Source of the DNA: an uncultured bacterium
GTDB taxonomy: Bacteria; Oederibacteriota; Oederibacteriia; Oederibacteriales; Oederibacteriaceae
Length of the DNA stretch: 64,000 nucleotides
Direction of reading: 5' to 3'
NCBI GenBank assembly: GCA_965112635.1
Contig: OZ218778.1
Location: 640,001-704,000 of the forward strand
Part shown: piece by piece, positions 39,494 to 48,597 of the stretch
Position numbering within the stretch: the first letter of the stretch is position 1
How the letters are laid out: each line of letters begins with the position of its first letter
Position numbers and translations under genes: made by a program
The notes under the pieces: generated by a model
The model's database searches: none
What the model saw: only the letters and a program-made list of their open reading frames with translations
Told to the model about the DNA's origin: nothing

Positions 39494-40676
39494 TTAAGGC
39501 TTTTTGCGGTAGATCCAGGCCAGGCCCGTTCCGTTGGCCGCCAAAGACATGAGGATGACGGCCCACTGAGCTCCGACCATCCCTCCGCAGAACTGGCTGG
39601 CCAATACGCCGACCAGGGGCCCGCTGAACTCTCCCACCCCGATCATGGACTCGTGGTATCCTCCCAATTCACCCTTGTTCGCCCCGCAGTTCAGGGAGTA
39701 GTAGATGGAGCTGTTGTAGGACAGGCTCACGGCGCAGCCGAACAGGAATAAAAACGCGAACATGCAGAGGACCTGTGGGGCTGACAAAGATACCGGCCAG
39801 AAAAAACGGGCTCAGCCATAGCACGGCCTGCAGGAGGGGCATCTTGTAGTGCCAGCCCTCCCATTGCCACAGGACCGTAAAACCCACGGTCCGGACAAAA
39901 AAGGTCGTACAGGCAAGCCAGATCATGTATTCGGGCCTCAAATGCAGCCGTTCGCTCAGGTACGGCAGAACCGCTCCCAGCACGAACATGAGAAAATATC
40001 CCATAGCGTTGGCCAGCCAGGACAGGTGCATGAAACGGTTTTTCACCGCCTGGGAAAGTTTTATTCCCTCGTGGCTGGCATCCGCGGCGCTTTGCCCTAG
40101 GGCTTGGGCCCTGGCCCAGGGCCGGCGCAACCACAAGAACTGGCCGGCAAAAATCAAGACCGGTACCCAAACAATCGAATCTCTTTGCCAGGCATACAGC
40201 GCCCCTCCCAGGAAATAGCCCACCACATTGCCCAGGCTCCAGTCGATGTTATAGAGCCCTACCCGGTTGGGCAGAGAAAGTTTGCCTTTGGCATGCAGTA
40301 CGCAGGCTTCCAGGGAGGGCCAGGTGCACGCCGAAAAAAGCACTAGAAGACCCGCGATCAGAAATGGGGTCCAGCTGAAGGCAAGAGCGCAGCCCAGCAG
40401 CATGGCCAGACCCGAACCTGCCGTGCCCATGGCGATGATGCGGTCATAGCCGATCCTGTCCGAAAGTTTGCCGGATAAGGTGGGTAGGAAGATGTAAACA
40501 AAACCCTGCAGAGCCGCCAACCCCAGGTTTTCCGGGTCGGAAAAGCCGAACCTTTGCTTGGCCCAGAAATAACAACAGGACAAAAAGACGCATACCCCCA
40601 CGCTGTTGATAAAGGTAATGGCGTAATATTCAAAAAGCCCTAGTCTGATCTCCTGTTTAACCTGTTTTTTCACCAA
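39494..40676 (-). pseudogene. MFS transporter split by a frameshift near 39775-39785 (possible sequencing error)
   Basis: N-terminal part has motif A GKLSDRIG; the TM pattern continues in another frame (SSIYYSL...GGYHES.IG.G...GP). Confidence 0.75.
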
Positions 40677-40735
40677 TTATGAAACTCCTCTTGCTGTGGA
40701 GGGTTCAGGGTCGTGGTGCCCGGTAACTTTCAACT

Positions 40736-41785
40736 TTAACGGAGGGCGTTAAAGGCTTCAATATTGGAACAACGGGACAAAGCGTCTTCTTTAGAGATCT
40801 TACCGGTCTTGAAAAGGTTGAACAGGGCCTGATCCAGGCTCTGCATGCTCTGGCTTCCGCCGGTTTGGATCGCGGAAGCGAGTTGAAACGTTTTGCCTTC
40901 CCTGATGAGATTTCGTATGGCCGGGGTGGCCACCATGATCTCTAGGGCGCAGGCCCGGCCTTTCCCTTCGGCCGAGGGAACGAGCGTCTGCGAGATCACT
41001 CCCTCCAGCGTCATGCCCAGTTGGCTGCGGACCTGGGCCTGCTGGTGGGGAGGGAATACATCGATGATACGGTCAATGGTCTGGGGTGCGTTGGTGGTGT
41101 GCAGGGTCGCGAAGACCATGTGCCCGGTCTCCGCAGCCGTGATGGCCGAACTGATCGTTTCTAGGTCGCGCATCTCGCCCACCAGGATCACGTCCGGGTC
41201 CTGTCTCAACACATGTTTGAGGGCTTCGGAGAAGGACAAGCTGTCCGCCCCAATCTCCCTCTGGTTTACGATGCACTTTTTATCCTCGTGGACGAATTCC
41301 ACGGGGTCTTCTATGGTCATGATATGGGCCGCCTCGGTTTCATTGATATGGTTGATCATGGCTGCCAGCGTGGTGGATTTACCGCTGCCTGTCGGTCCTG
41401 TCACCAGGACCAGTCCCCGGGGCCGTTCGGCCAGCTCCTTCAAGATGGGCGGCATACCCAGTTCAGCTAGGGTCTTGATACGGATGGGGATCAGCCGCGC
41501 CACGACGCCTACCAGGCCCTTCTGGATGAACACGTTGACCCTGAAACGCGCTGTGCCGGAAAGAGTGTAGGCCAGGTCCAGCTCCCGTGTCTCGTTGAGC
41601 TTGTCCCGCTGCTCGTCATTGATCAACTGGCGCACCAGTTCCCGGATATCATCCTGGGTCAGTTTGGACATACTGGAACGGCTCAATTCACCGTTGACCC
41701 TGTAAACAGGCGGATTACCGACCTTGAGATGAAGATCGGAGGCATTCAGGGAAACCATTTGTCTTAAGAGGTCATCGATCTGCAT
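40736..41785 (-). CDS. pilT: Type IV pilus retraction ATPase
   Basis: ASDLHL, GPTGSGKSTT, TIEDPVE, LRQDPDVILVGEMRD, AETGH, TLHT, AIRNLIRE. Confidence 0.96.
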   Translation of the reverse strand: MQIDDLLRQMVSLNASDLHLKVGNPPVYRVNGELSRSSMSKLTQDDIRELVRQLINDEQRDKLNETRELDLAYTLSGTARFRVNVFIQKGLVGVVARLIPIRIKTLAELGMPPILKELAERPRGLVLVTGPTGSGKSTTLAAMINHINETEAAHIMTIEDPVEFVHEDKKCIVNQREIGADSLSFSEALKHVLRQDPDVILVGEMRDLETISSAITAAETGHMVFATLHTTNAPQTIDRIIDVFPPHQQAQVRSQLGMTLEGVISQTLVPSAEGKGRACALEIMVATPAIRNLIREGKTFQLASAIQTGGSQSMQSLDQALFNLFKTGKISKEDALSRCSNIEAFNALR

Positions 41786-41935
41786 TGGTCAACCATGATT
41801 CCTTTGTTTAGAATTCAACCATTGTTACAATAATCCAGTTTGGTGTCAATCACTTCGGCCCTTTGGCTTTATCCCCAAAAAGCGTTGCTTTTGGAAAGGG
41901 AAAATATGTTATAGTTTTTGTGAAAGGAAAAAACT

Positions 41936-42616
41936 GTGAAAAAAAATTTAAAAAGAAAGAAAAGTATTTCCCGGGTTTCAACTCCATCTATGCCCCTTCT
42001 CCAGGTAATCGCAAGGCAGAACAAGGAAATCTTAAAAAGGCTCAAGACGCTCCCGGTTGGAACTGCTCCTCGTAACGTCAACCCTCTGGTCAAAGAAGTG
42101 CAGCGTCTTCTCGCTCTTTCCGAGGATCCAGCCTCTCGCAACCTTACTGTCCAAACCGCTCCCCCACCCAAACCGGTCAAAGGAGTCGAGGACATACTCC
42201 ATAACCCGGATTTCCACCAGTTCACTCCGGAAGACATCCTAGTCCTGGTTACCGCCTGCCGACAAAAGGAAGCTAAACCCGGAGAAGTAATCTTTAAAGA
42301 GGGAGAATTGGGCAGCAGCCTGTTCATCATCAAATCCGGGGAAATTAAAGTCTATAAGACCGATGTTCTGGGGGATGTGGACATTGCGATCTTGGGGCCC
42401 GGCACCTTGGTGGGAGAAATGGCTTTGATCGACAACAAACCGCGCAGCGCCAATGTCAAAGCGGCCGGCGCTGTGGTCCTGCTGGAGCTGACCGCAGAGA
42501 ACTATCACGAATTTTTAAAGCAACATCCGGCCGTGGCTGTGAAATTCATGAACATTATCATGAACATCCTGGTCAAACGTTTGCGGGAAGCCACCAAAAA
42601 AGCCTACTCCAGATAG
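41936..42616 (+). CDS. Cyclic-nucleotide-binding domain protein (no HTH)
   Basis: GEVIFKEG, GEMALID..PRSA.V phosphate-binding cassette. Confidence 0.88.
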   Translation: MKKNLKRKKSISRVSTPSMPLLQVIARQNKEILKRLKTLPVGTAPRNVNPLVKEVQRLLALSEDPASRNLTVQTAPPPKPVKGVEDILHNPDFHQFTPEDILVLVTACRQKEAKPGEVIFKEGELGSSLFIIKSGEIKVYKTDVLGDVDIAILGPGTLVGEMALIDNKPRSANVKAAGAVVLLELTAENYHEFLKQHPAVAVKFMNIIMNILVKRLREATKKAYSR

Positions 42617-42625
42617 AGCAACACC

Positions 42626-43273
42626 CTATCTCTTCCCTTTTTTCCTATGTGCTGCTTTCCAATGCCTGTACCACTCCAGGAACACGGGCGACAAGGACAC
42701 CAGGATGATCAAGGCTTCCACTTTTTTCAGGTTGTGCTGGATGATCGGCAAAGTGCCCAGGGTGAACCCCAGCAAAAGCATGGAGCAGATCCAGCTGATG
42801 CCTCCGATGATATTAAAACTGGCGAACCGCCAGTAGGACATCTTGGCGATACCGGCCACCACTGGCGCGAAAGTGCGCAAAAAAGGCGCAAACCGGGCGA
42901 GGAAGATAGTGATGCCGCCATGCTTCTCGTAATATTCCTTGGCGGCCAGCAGGTGTTTGCGTTTGAACCACCAGGTGTCCTTCTTCTTATATAAAGGTAT
43001 GCCCGCCCATTTGCCGATGTAATATCCCGTGGCATCCCCCAGAACCGCCATGAGACTCAAGACTACCATTAAGGTTCCGAGACCGAAAAAACCCTGAGCC
43101 GCGATGACCCCGGTCAAAAACAAAAGCGAGTCTCCGGGTAGGAAAAACCCGACCAAAAGCCCGGTCTCGGAGAAAACGACCACCGAAAGGAAAACGATAC
43201 CACCGGACTGGACCAGTTGCATCAGCTTCTGGTCATTGAATAAGCTCCGAAAAAACTCTATGACTGCGTCTAT
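42626..43273 (-). CDS. DedA/VTT family membrane protein
   Basis: FSETGLLVGFFLPGDSLLF, ARFAPFLRTF; frame extends upstream to an ATA placed after GAGGAGG. Confidence 0.9.
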   Translation of the reverse strand: MDAVIEFFRSLFNDQKLMQLVQSGGIVFLSVVVFSETGLLVGFFLPGDSLLFLTGVIAAQGFFGLGTLMVVLSLMAVLGDATGYYIGKWAGIPLYKKKDTWWFKRKHLLAAKEYYEKHGGITIFLARFAPFLRTFAPVVAGIAKMSYWRFASFNIIGGISWICSMLLLGFTLGTLPIIQHNLKKVEALIILVSLSPVFLEWYRHWKAAHRKKGKR

Positions 43274-43301
43274 GTCATCCTCCTCTAAATAATTATTGAA
43301 A

Positions 43302-43376
43302 TGGAGCTGGCGGCCGGGATTGGACCGGCGACCTATCGATTACAAATCGATTGCTCTACCACTGAGCTACGCCAGC
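43302..43376 (-). tRNA. tRNA-Thr(TGT)
   Basis: GCTGGCG acceptor stem, ATCGA-TTTGTAA-TCGAT anticodon arm, CCA; T-loop reads TCCAATC. Confidence 0.93.
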
Positions 43377-43515
43377 TCTTGCTATTTTATAGATAGAGCG
43401 TTTCCGCTCAAGAGCTGGCGTATCGGAAAAGCCATTCCGATACGTCCAGCCAAAACTTAATAATGCGCTTCCTCTCAGACGCTGGCGTACCGAAAAAGCC
43501 TTTCGGTAAGCCAGC
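43368..43515 (-). repeat. Copies C and D (tandem) of the short structured element, at the tRNA-Thr 5' junction
   Basis: GCGTTTCC-gct-caagagctggcgta-tcggAAAAGCcattccga and GCGCTTCC-tct-cagacgctggcgta-ccgAAAAAGCctttcgg. Confidence 0.8.
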
Positions 43516-43896
43516 AACCTGAACTTAAATATTACGTCTCCCTTATTCACTGGCCGATTTTCTATCAACAAACTGCCAGAAAACTAGCCTGTGAAACATC
43601 AAGATTATACATTAAACCTTTATTGAGGTAGCATTTTTTCAACGGACGAACCTCATTGGAACCGTTCTTTCAGCCAGCCCATCCCCCACACTCTGGCCAG
43701 CAATGTCCCCTGCTCCGTAGCACAAGAAAACTATTTTGGTCATAAGCCCATTCTATATTTCCTTTTAGAATAGGCAAGCCGACCTAACCACACTGGGGCA
43801 TAAAGATCCATCCCAAAACCTTAAAAAAAGACCGGACAAAAAAATCCGGCCCTCTTTTTTCCATATTTTCAGTCCGCAGAGGTAAAAAACTCCGCC

Positions 43897-44298
43897 TTAC
43901 TTAGCCTGCGGTTTCTCCCTCCGCACTTTCCTGCGGTCACGGCTGTAGAGCACTTTCTTGGATCCGCTGCGCTTTATGATCAGCCTCTTGTTCTTGTCGA
44001 AATAAAGGTTGTTGCCCAGGGATATCCATTTGGTGCTGGTGCTGTCCGGCCTTTCCCGGCGTTCTATCGCGGGAGCGTTTTTGAGCCTGCGGCGGTCGTT
44101 CTTGATCACCCTCAGGACCTGTTCGCTTTTCTCGACCACCGCCCTCGAAAGGGTGTCCCAGTACTGGTCCTCTCCCAGGAAGATATAGCGTGAACCCGCC
44201 ATGCTGTCTTCCTTGAGCAGGGGCGCTTCGACTTCCTGGCCCGCCGTCTGCTGGGCCTGGAAACGGTTAAGATCAAAAGGTTCCAATGCTCCTCTCAT
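43897..44298 (-). CDS. Small basic protein with two LG...Y-F/W-D...DRR...ERR repeats
   Basis: Internal duplication; similar to the ORFs at 44339 and 61192; AAGGAG RBS. Confidence 0.8.
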   Translation of the reverse strand: MRGALEPFDLNRFQAQQTAGQEVEAPLLKEDSMAGSRYIFLGEDQYWDTLSRAVVEKSEQVLRVIKNDRRRLKNAPAIERRERPDSTSTKWISLGNNLYFDKNKRLIIKRSGSKKVLYSRDRRKVRREKPQAK

Positions 44299-44338
44299 CG
44301 TCTTCTCCTTTCACGATCTTGCCCATAACGCGTCTCTT

Positions 44339-44605
44339 TCAGTTCATGTTCAGGGGCGTGGCCCATTTCACGCCGTATATGCTGTTGGCCAGGGCGCGGA
44401 CCACAATGACCGGCTCCTGCCTATTGTCCGTGCCGGGTTGCTGGTCCCTTTTCCTCCTGTCCTCATGGCTGATCCGGTAAACAGACCCCGACCTTTCCAC
44501 GATCGCCTCTAACCCGGGGTCAAAATAATGGTTTTCGCCCAGCTCGATCAGGCTGTGGCGGCCTTGCGCATCCTCTTCCAACCGTTTTTTCATGGCTTTT
44601 TTCAT
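44339..44605 (-). CDS. Small protein with one LG..HYFD...DRR repeat (C-terminus possibly frameshifted)
   Basis: HSLIELGENHYFDPGLEAIVERSG...EDRRK; GAGGT RBS. Confidence 0.7.
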   Translation of the reverse strand: MKKAMKKRLEEDAQGRHSLIELGENHYFDPGLEAIVERSGSVYRISHEDRRKRDQQPGTDNRQEPVIVVRALANSIYGVKWATPLNMN

Positions 44606-44732
44606 GGCGCACCTCTTTTCTCTCTGCCTCTATTCCCTCTCCTAATTTAATTATACACCCGTTGGAAAAAGAGGATGTCACTCCTGCCTTGGGATCAAAA
44701 GGATGTACAAAGATGGGATTTTCTGGTGAACC

Positions 44733-45581
44733 CTAACTTTTGATGGGTTTGCGTTTGACCTTGCGGATGAGCAAAAAAGCCGAGTTCTCTTTACTGAGCA
44801 CAGTCTGGTGAAGCTCGTTGTTGAGCATCAGGATCTGGCCGGGCCGCAGAATCACCCGGTGTCCCGGCGAGACCAGGACGACCTCGCCTTCCACGGCCTG
44901 CACCATGATGGCCCCCTCAAAAAAATAGGGCGGGATGGTCGAACCCTGGAACAGGACGATGAGTTCCAGCCCGATCCCCACCGCCTCGTCGTTATAAAGG
45001 GCGTTGGAAATATAAACGTAGTGCGGCCCCGTCTGGCTTTCCCGGATATCATCGATCATGCCCTGGATCTGATAAAGTAGCATGGATCCGGGCTTGGCCA
45101 GCCCTTCGATGGGCGCGGAGGGCGGCTCGGACGGGGTGATCACCTTACCCCTGCCCTCCACGGGGGCCTCGTTCCCGTGCAGCCTGGACTGGTTGACATG
45201 GTGGTTCACGCTGGGATAGATGAACTTTTCCTCTTTTTGGTCATGGTCTTCCAGGATCTTCCTGATTTCCTCTTCCTCCGGTCCGTTGAGGATGCCTTTC
45301 TCCAGCCTGGCGCAAACCGCCGCGAAAAGGACCTTGACCCTGGCATGCTGCTGCCTGAGCTCGTCGGCCATATTGGGTTCTCCGGCTGCCAGGGAGTCGT
45401 CGTAGATCGGGTACAGGAACTTTTCCTCCCAAAAGATACGCCGATCAAGGGCCTCCATGAATTCCTTGAACTTGCCCAGGGTCTCCTGGACCTTGTCCAG
45501 CCGGGTCCCCTAGTAGGTCTTAAAAAGGTCCAGATATTTTTGGTGGTCTTTGATGAAAAGTTTTTGCAGGTTAGGTTCCAT
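44733..45581 (-). pseudogene. Hemerythrin-like plus cupin-like protein interrupted by an in-frame TAG at 45512-45510
   Basis: GGGAGG + ATG at 45581: MEPNLQKLFIKDHQKYLDLFKTY*GTRL...WEEKFLYP...QH...DHDQKEEKFIYP. Confidence 0.7.
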
Positions 45582-45613
45582 CGTGCGCCTCCCTGGTCAG
45601 CGCGGGCGGCGCA

Positions 45614-46975
45614 TTAACCGGCGAAAGATTGCCGCTGCCTGTCTATTTTTTTGTTCCGGTACAGCTCCATAATCCTTTCCATCTTGTCCCTCAAGGACAC
45701 AAGGTCCTTGAAGGCGTCGTTGATGGTCATGATCTGGTCTTCGATGTTAAGAAGGGCCTGGGTACATTCCTTTTCCTTCTCGAGCTTCCTCTGGTCCTCC
45801 AAACCCGCGGGAAATCCGATCGCATCCGTTTTTTTGTCCAGTTCTTCCAGTTCCAGGAGGGTGCTTTTCCTCCTCTTGTTGGTCTCCTCGTATTTTTCCT
45901 TGATGCTCAGCTCGCCCGACCGGAGCATCACATTGATATTTCTGACCTTTTTGTCGATCTCCTCCGTGGTACTTTCGGCATTGACCAGGTATTCCAGGGC
46001 GTCCAGGTCCTCTCTCAAAGCCACGACCCTGCGGTTCTCACGGACCAAGTCCTCGTCCATCATCCTTTTGAGCTGGTCAATGAGGTCCGCCGGCCTTCCC
46101 GCTGGAGACGGCTCATCCGGCCCCGCCGCGATATAGATATCTCCCTCCGGGACATCAGGAGCCACGGCGCTTTCCCCCAGGCCATTCGGGGCGGCGGATC
46201 CCGTCAGAACCTCTCTCTCCTCCACATCCTGCTCATCCTCCACTTTGGACGCTTCCAGGTCCCACGAGGCATGCTTCATGATCTTTTTCTTCAGGACCTC
46301 CAGTTGCACGCCCAAGACCCCCTTGGTGTTGGCAAAAGCCGGATCGTTCAGCCCCTGCTTGATCCTGGCCAGGGATTTGAGGATCCGTTTCTTGAGGAGC
46401 GTGTTCTTGGTCAGGGCCAGCGCGTTCAGCAGATCGATGGACTGCTCATCTTTGATCTGGCCGCACACCCAGGCCCCTGAAAGCTGCATGAGCAGGTTTT
46501 CGCTGTGGACCATTTCATTGATGATCTTTTTGGCTTGGACCGGGTCATACCTATAAATAGCCCTGGCTAAATTCGCCCGGACCTGGTTGTTCTGGTCCTT
46601 CAAAAGCGGGATCATCAGATCAAGCGCGGTCCTGGCATTGGCGCGCAATTTGACCAGGTCTTCTTCCAGGACTTCGACCCCCATGGCCCTCACGTGGGGG
46701 TCCTCGTCATTGATCATGTCCCGGATAGTGATGAATTCCTTTTGGAAAAAACCCTGGGGAGTGACGGCCCCTTTTTTTTGCTGGAGCGTCCCGCGGTCTA
46801 ATCCTTTGTCCATCAGACCCTTTTTGATGGCTTTGAGAGAATGGTGGCGGTAAAACTTCCTCGAAACAAGGATGAAAACAAAGACCATGATGAGGACGAT
46901 CACAGCGACCGCAATGAACTCTGGCAAAGAATAATAGTAGATTTGGTCAGATAGAGATTTCAGCGCTTGTCCCAC
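45614..46975 (-). CDS. Membrane-anchored HEAT-repeat and coiled-coil protein
   Basis: N-terminal TM; DEDPHVRA and DQNNQVRANLA HEAT units; acidic linker; C-terminal coiled coil. Confidence 0.75.
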   Translation of the reverse strand: MGQALKSLSDQIYYYSLPEFIAVAVIVLIMVFVFILVSRKFYRHHSLKAIKKGLMDKGLDRGTLQQKKGAVTPQGFFQKEFITIRDMINDEDPHVRAMGVEVLEEDLVKLRANARTALDLMIPLLKDQNNQVRANLARAIYRYDPVQAKKIINEMVHSENLLMQLSGAWVCGQIKDEQSIDLLNALALTKNTLLKKRILKSLARIKQGLNDPAFANTKGVLGVQLEVLKKKIMKHASWDLEASKVEDEQDVEEREVLTGSAAPNGLGESAVAPDVPEGDIYIAAGPDEPSPAGRPADLIDQLKRMMDEDLVRENRRVVALREDLDALEYLVNAESTTEEIDKKVRNINVMLRSGELSIKEKYEETNKRRKSTLLELEELDKKTDAIGFPAGLEDQRKLEKEKECTQALLNIEDQIMTINDAFKDLVSLRDKMERIMELYRNKKIDRQRQSFAG

Positions 46976-47158
46976 TTTATTGTTCTATTCCCCCTTGTCT
47001 CAACAGATTATAGGCGGTGCGTGGTCCGGCGCGGGGCCACTGGTCTCAAACCAAGCGTATCTTAACAGCTTTTGTCAGCCAAGTGCTGATCGTTTTTTTA
47101 ACCGCAAGAGATCATGCAAATCAATGAAGACGGGGTGACCGGATTTGCGGGGAATGAC

Positions 47159-47851
47159 TTAGGCAAGATAAGCGTATTGCAGGCCGTAGACAAATGATTT
47201 TTCCTGGACCGACTGCCAGACCACCCTGCACTTGATCATGACTTTTTCCAATTGGTTCAGGCTGTTTTGGGTGTTAAAGTTCGCCTCGACGAAGGTTTCA
47301 GGCAGGGATAGGAGCTTTTCCGTCTTTAGCCTGAATCCACCCGCGCTGATATCCAGGACCTGCCCTGTGACTTTGACTTTCCCGGTCTGAGGAGTAGTCA
47401 ACTCGGCCTGCAGGTCAGCGAAAACCCGGGGATCCCTGCGGTAATCCGACTTATCGAGTCCGCCCAAGGGCTGGGTCTTGGTTTCCCCGGCCATCCCGTT
47501 GAATCTGCTCCACCAGACGGAGTTGATCAGCTTCCATTTGGTCAGGTTGTTGAGTTTGACGAATTCCACGCCGTACTGATTGGAGTTCGGACCGGCGAGC
47601 TCTATGAGGATCTTGCCCTCGAGGTGCTTGAAGTACAGGCCGTTGGGCATCATAAAATCAAAAAAATAGACGTTCTCCTGCTTAAAAGATCCGGGAACCT
47701 CTATCCTCATCCCGCTCGGGCTGATGTCCCTGATCGATCCCGTGACAGCGGACTTCCCCATCCGCTCACGCGCTCTGACCTCGACCGCAACCTGCAATCT
47801 TGTGTATTTCCTCCTGTTTTCCATTTTTTTTGCTTGGACTGTCAATTCCAT
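47159..47851 (-). CDS. Tandem PilZ domain protein
   Basis: NRRKYTR...DISPSG and YRRDPR...DISAGG. Confidence 0.9.
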   Translation of the reverse strand: MELTVQAKKMENRRKYTRLQVAVEVRARERMGKSAVTGSIRDISPSGMRIEVPGSFKQENVYFFDFMMPNGLYFKHLEGKILIELAGPNSNQYGVEFVKLNNLTKWKLINSVWWSRFNGMAGETKTQPLGGLDKSDYRRDPRVFADLQAELTTPQTGKVKVTGQVLDISAGGFRLKTEKLLSLPETFVEANFNTQNSLNQLEKVMIKCRVVWQSVQEKSFVYGLQYAYLA

Positions 47852-48012
47852 TACATTGCACCTCTTCTCTTACTATATTTTACCATTTTGGCCGTTTTTC
47901 TGCTAATGGCTTAAAAATCGGAGTTCCACCCATGAAAAACAATGCTTTCTCCCGCTACCCTTTTTACTCCAGATCGATTGGAAGGATTTTCCAGAGGCAT
48001 CCTCAGGACTTC

Positions 48013-48576
48013 CTAAATCCATTTAACTTTCGGTTGGTTTTTCGCGGGCGGCTGGGGAAAACCTCCCTTGGGATAGCCCAGGATGATCGGGCCAAAGACT
48101 TTCTCGCCCTCTTTTAATCCCAGGGCTTCCTTCACTTCGCTGTCCTCGGTCGCCAGCTGGCCTATATAGACCCAGCAGGTGCCGAGCCCCAGAGACCTGG
48201 CCGCCAGCATGATGTTCTGGCAGGCCATGGGGCAGTCGAAGCTGCTGTTCGGGCCGCTGCCGATCACAAAAATGACCACAGGTGCACCGTAGTAAAAGGG
48301 GTCCGGCATTTTTTTGTCGGATTCTTCGCGCATGCGCTGGAATTCTTCCGGCATTTGGGAAAGCCATTTTTTGTACCTGGGCATCGTGTGTTTCACCAGT
48401 TTGCCGTGGAATTCCTTGTCCTGCACGACCACGAACCGCCAGGGCTGGAAGTTCGCGCCCGTGGGCGCCCAACGCGCCGCGTCAAGGAGCGTCTCAATGA
48501 GCTCCTTGCTGACGGGCTTGTCTTCATAACTGCGCACCGACCGCCTGTTCTTGATGTTCTCGATGACCTGATTCAT
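48013..48576 (-). CDS. Nitroreductase family protein
   Basis: RRSVRSY, ARWAPTGANFQPWRF, NIMLAARSLGLGTCW, LGYP. Confidence 0.95.
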   Translation of the reverse strand: MNQVIENIKNRRSVRSYEDKPVSKELIETLLDAARWAPTGANFQPWRFVVVQDKEFHGKLVKHTMPRYKKWLSQMPEEFQRMREESDKKMPDPFYYGAPVVIFVIGSGPNSSFDCPMACQNIMLAARSLGLGTCWVYIGQLATEDSEVKEALGLKEGEKVFGPIILGYPKGGFPQPPAKNQPKVKWI

Positions 48577-48597
48577 CGTTTCCTCCGTCTAGCGGGA

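Noticed and set aside
43368-43515. Tandem repeats as a CRISPR array
   Set aside because: Only two degenerate units, no constant repeat/spacer periodicity and no cas genes.
45510-45512. Genome-wide TAG recoding or pyrrolysine
   Set aside because: TAG ends full-length conserved genes here (queD, larB, thyX) and no pyl genes are in the window.
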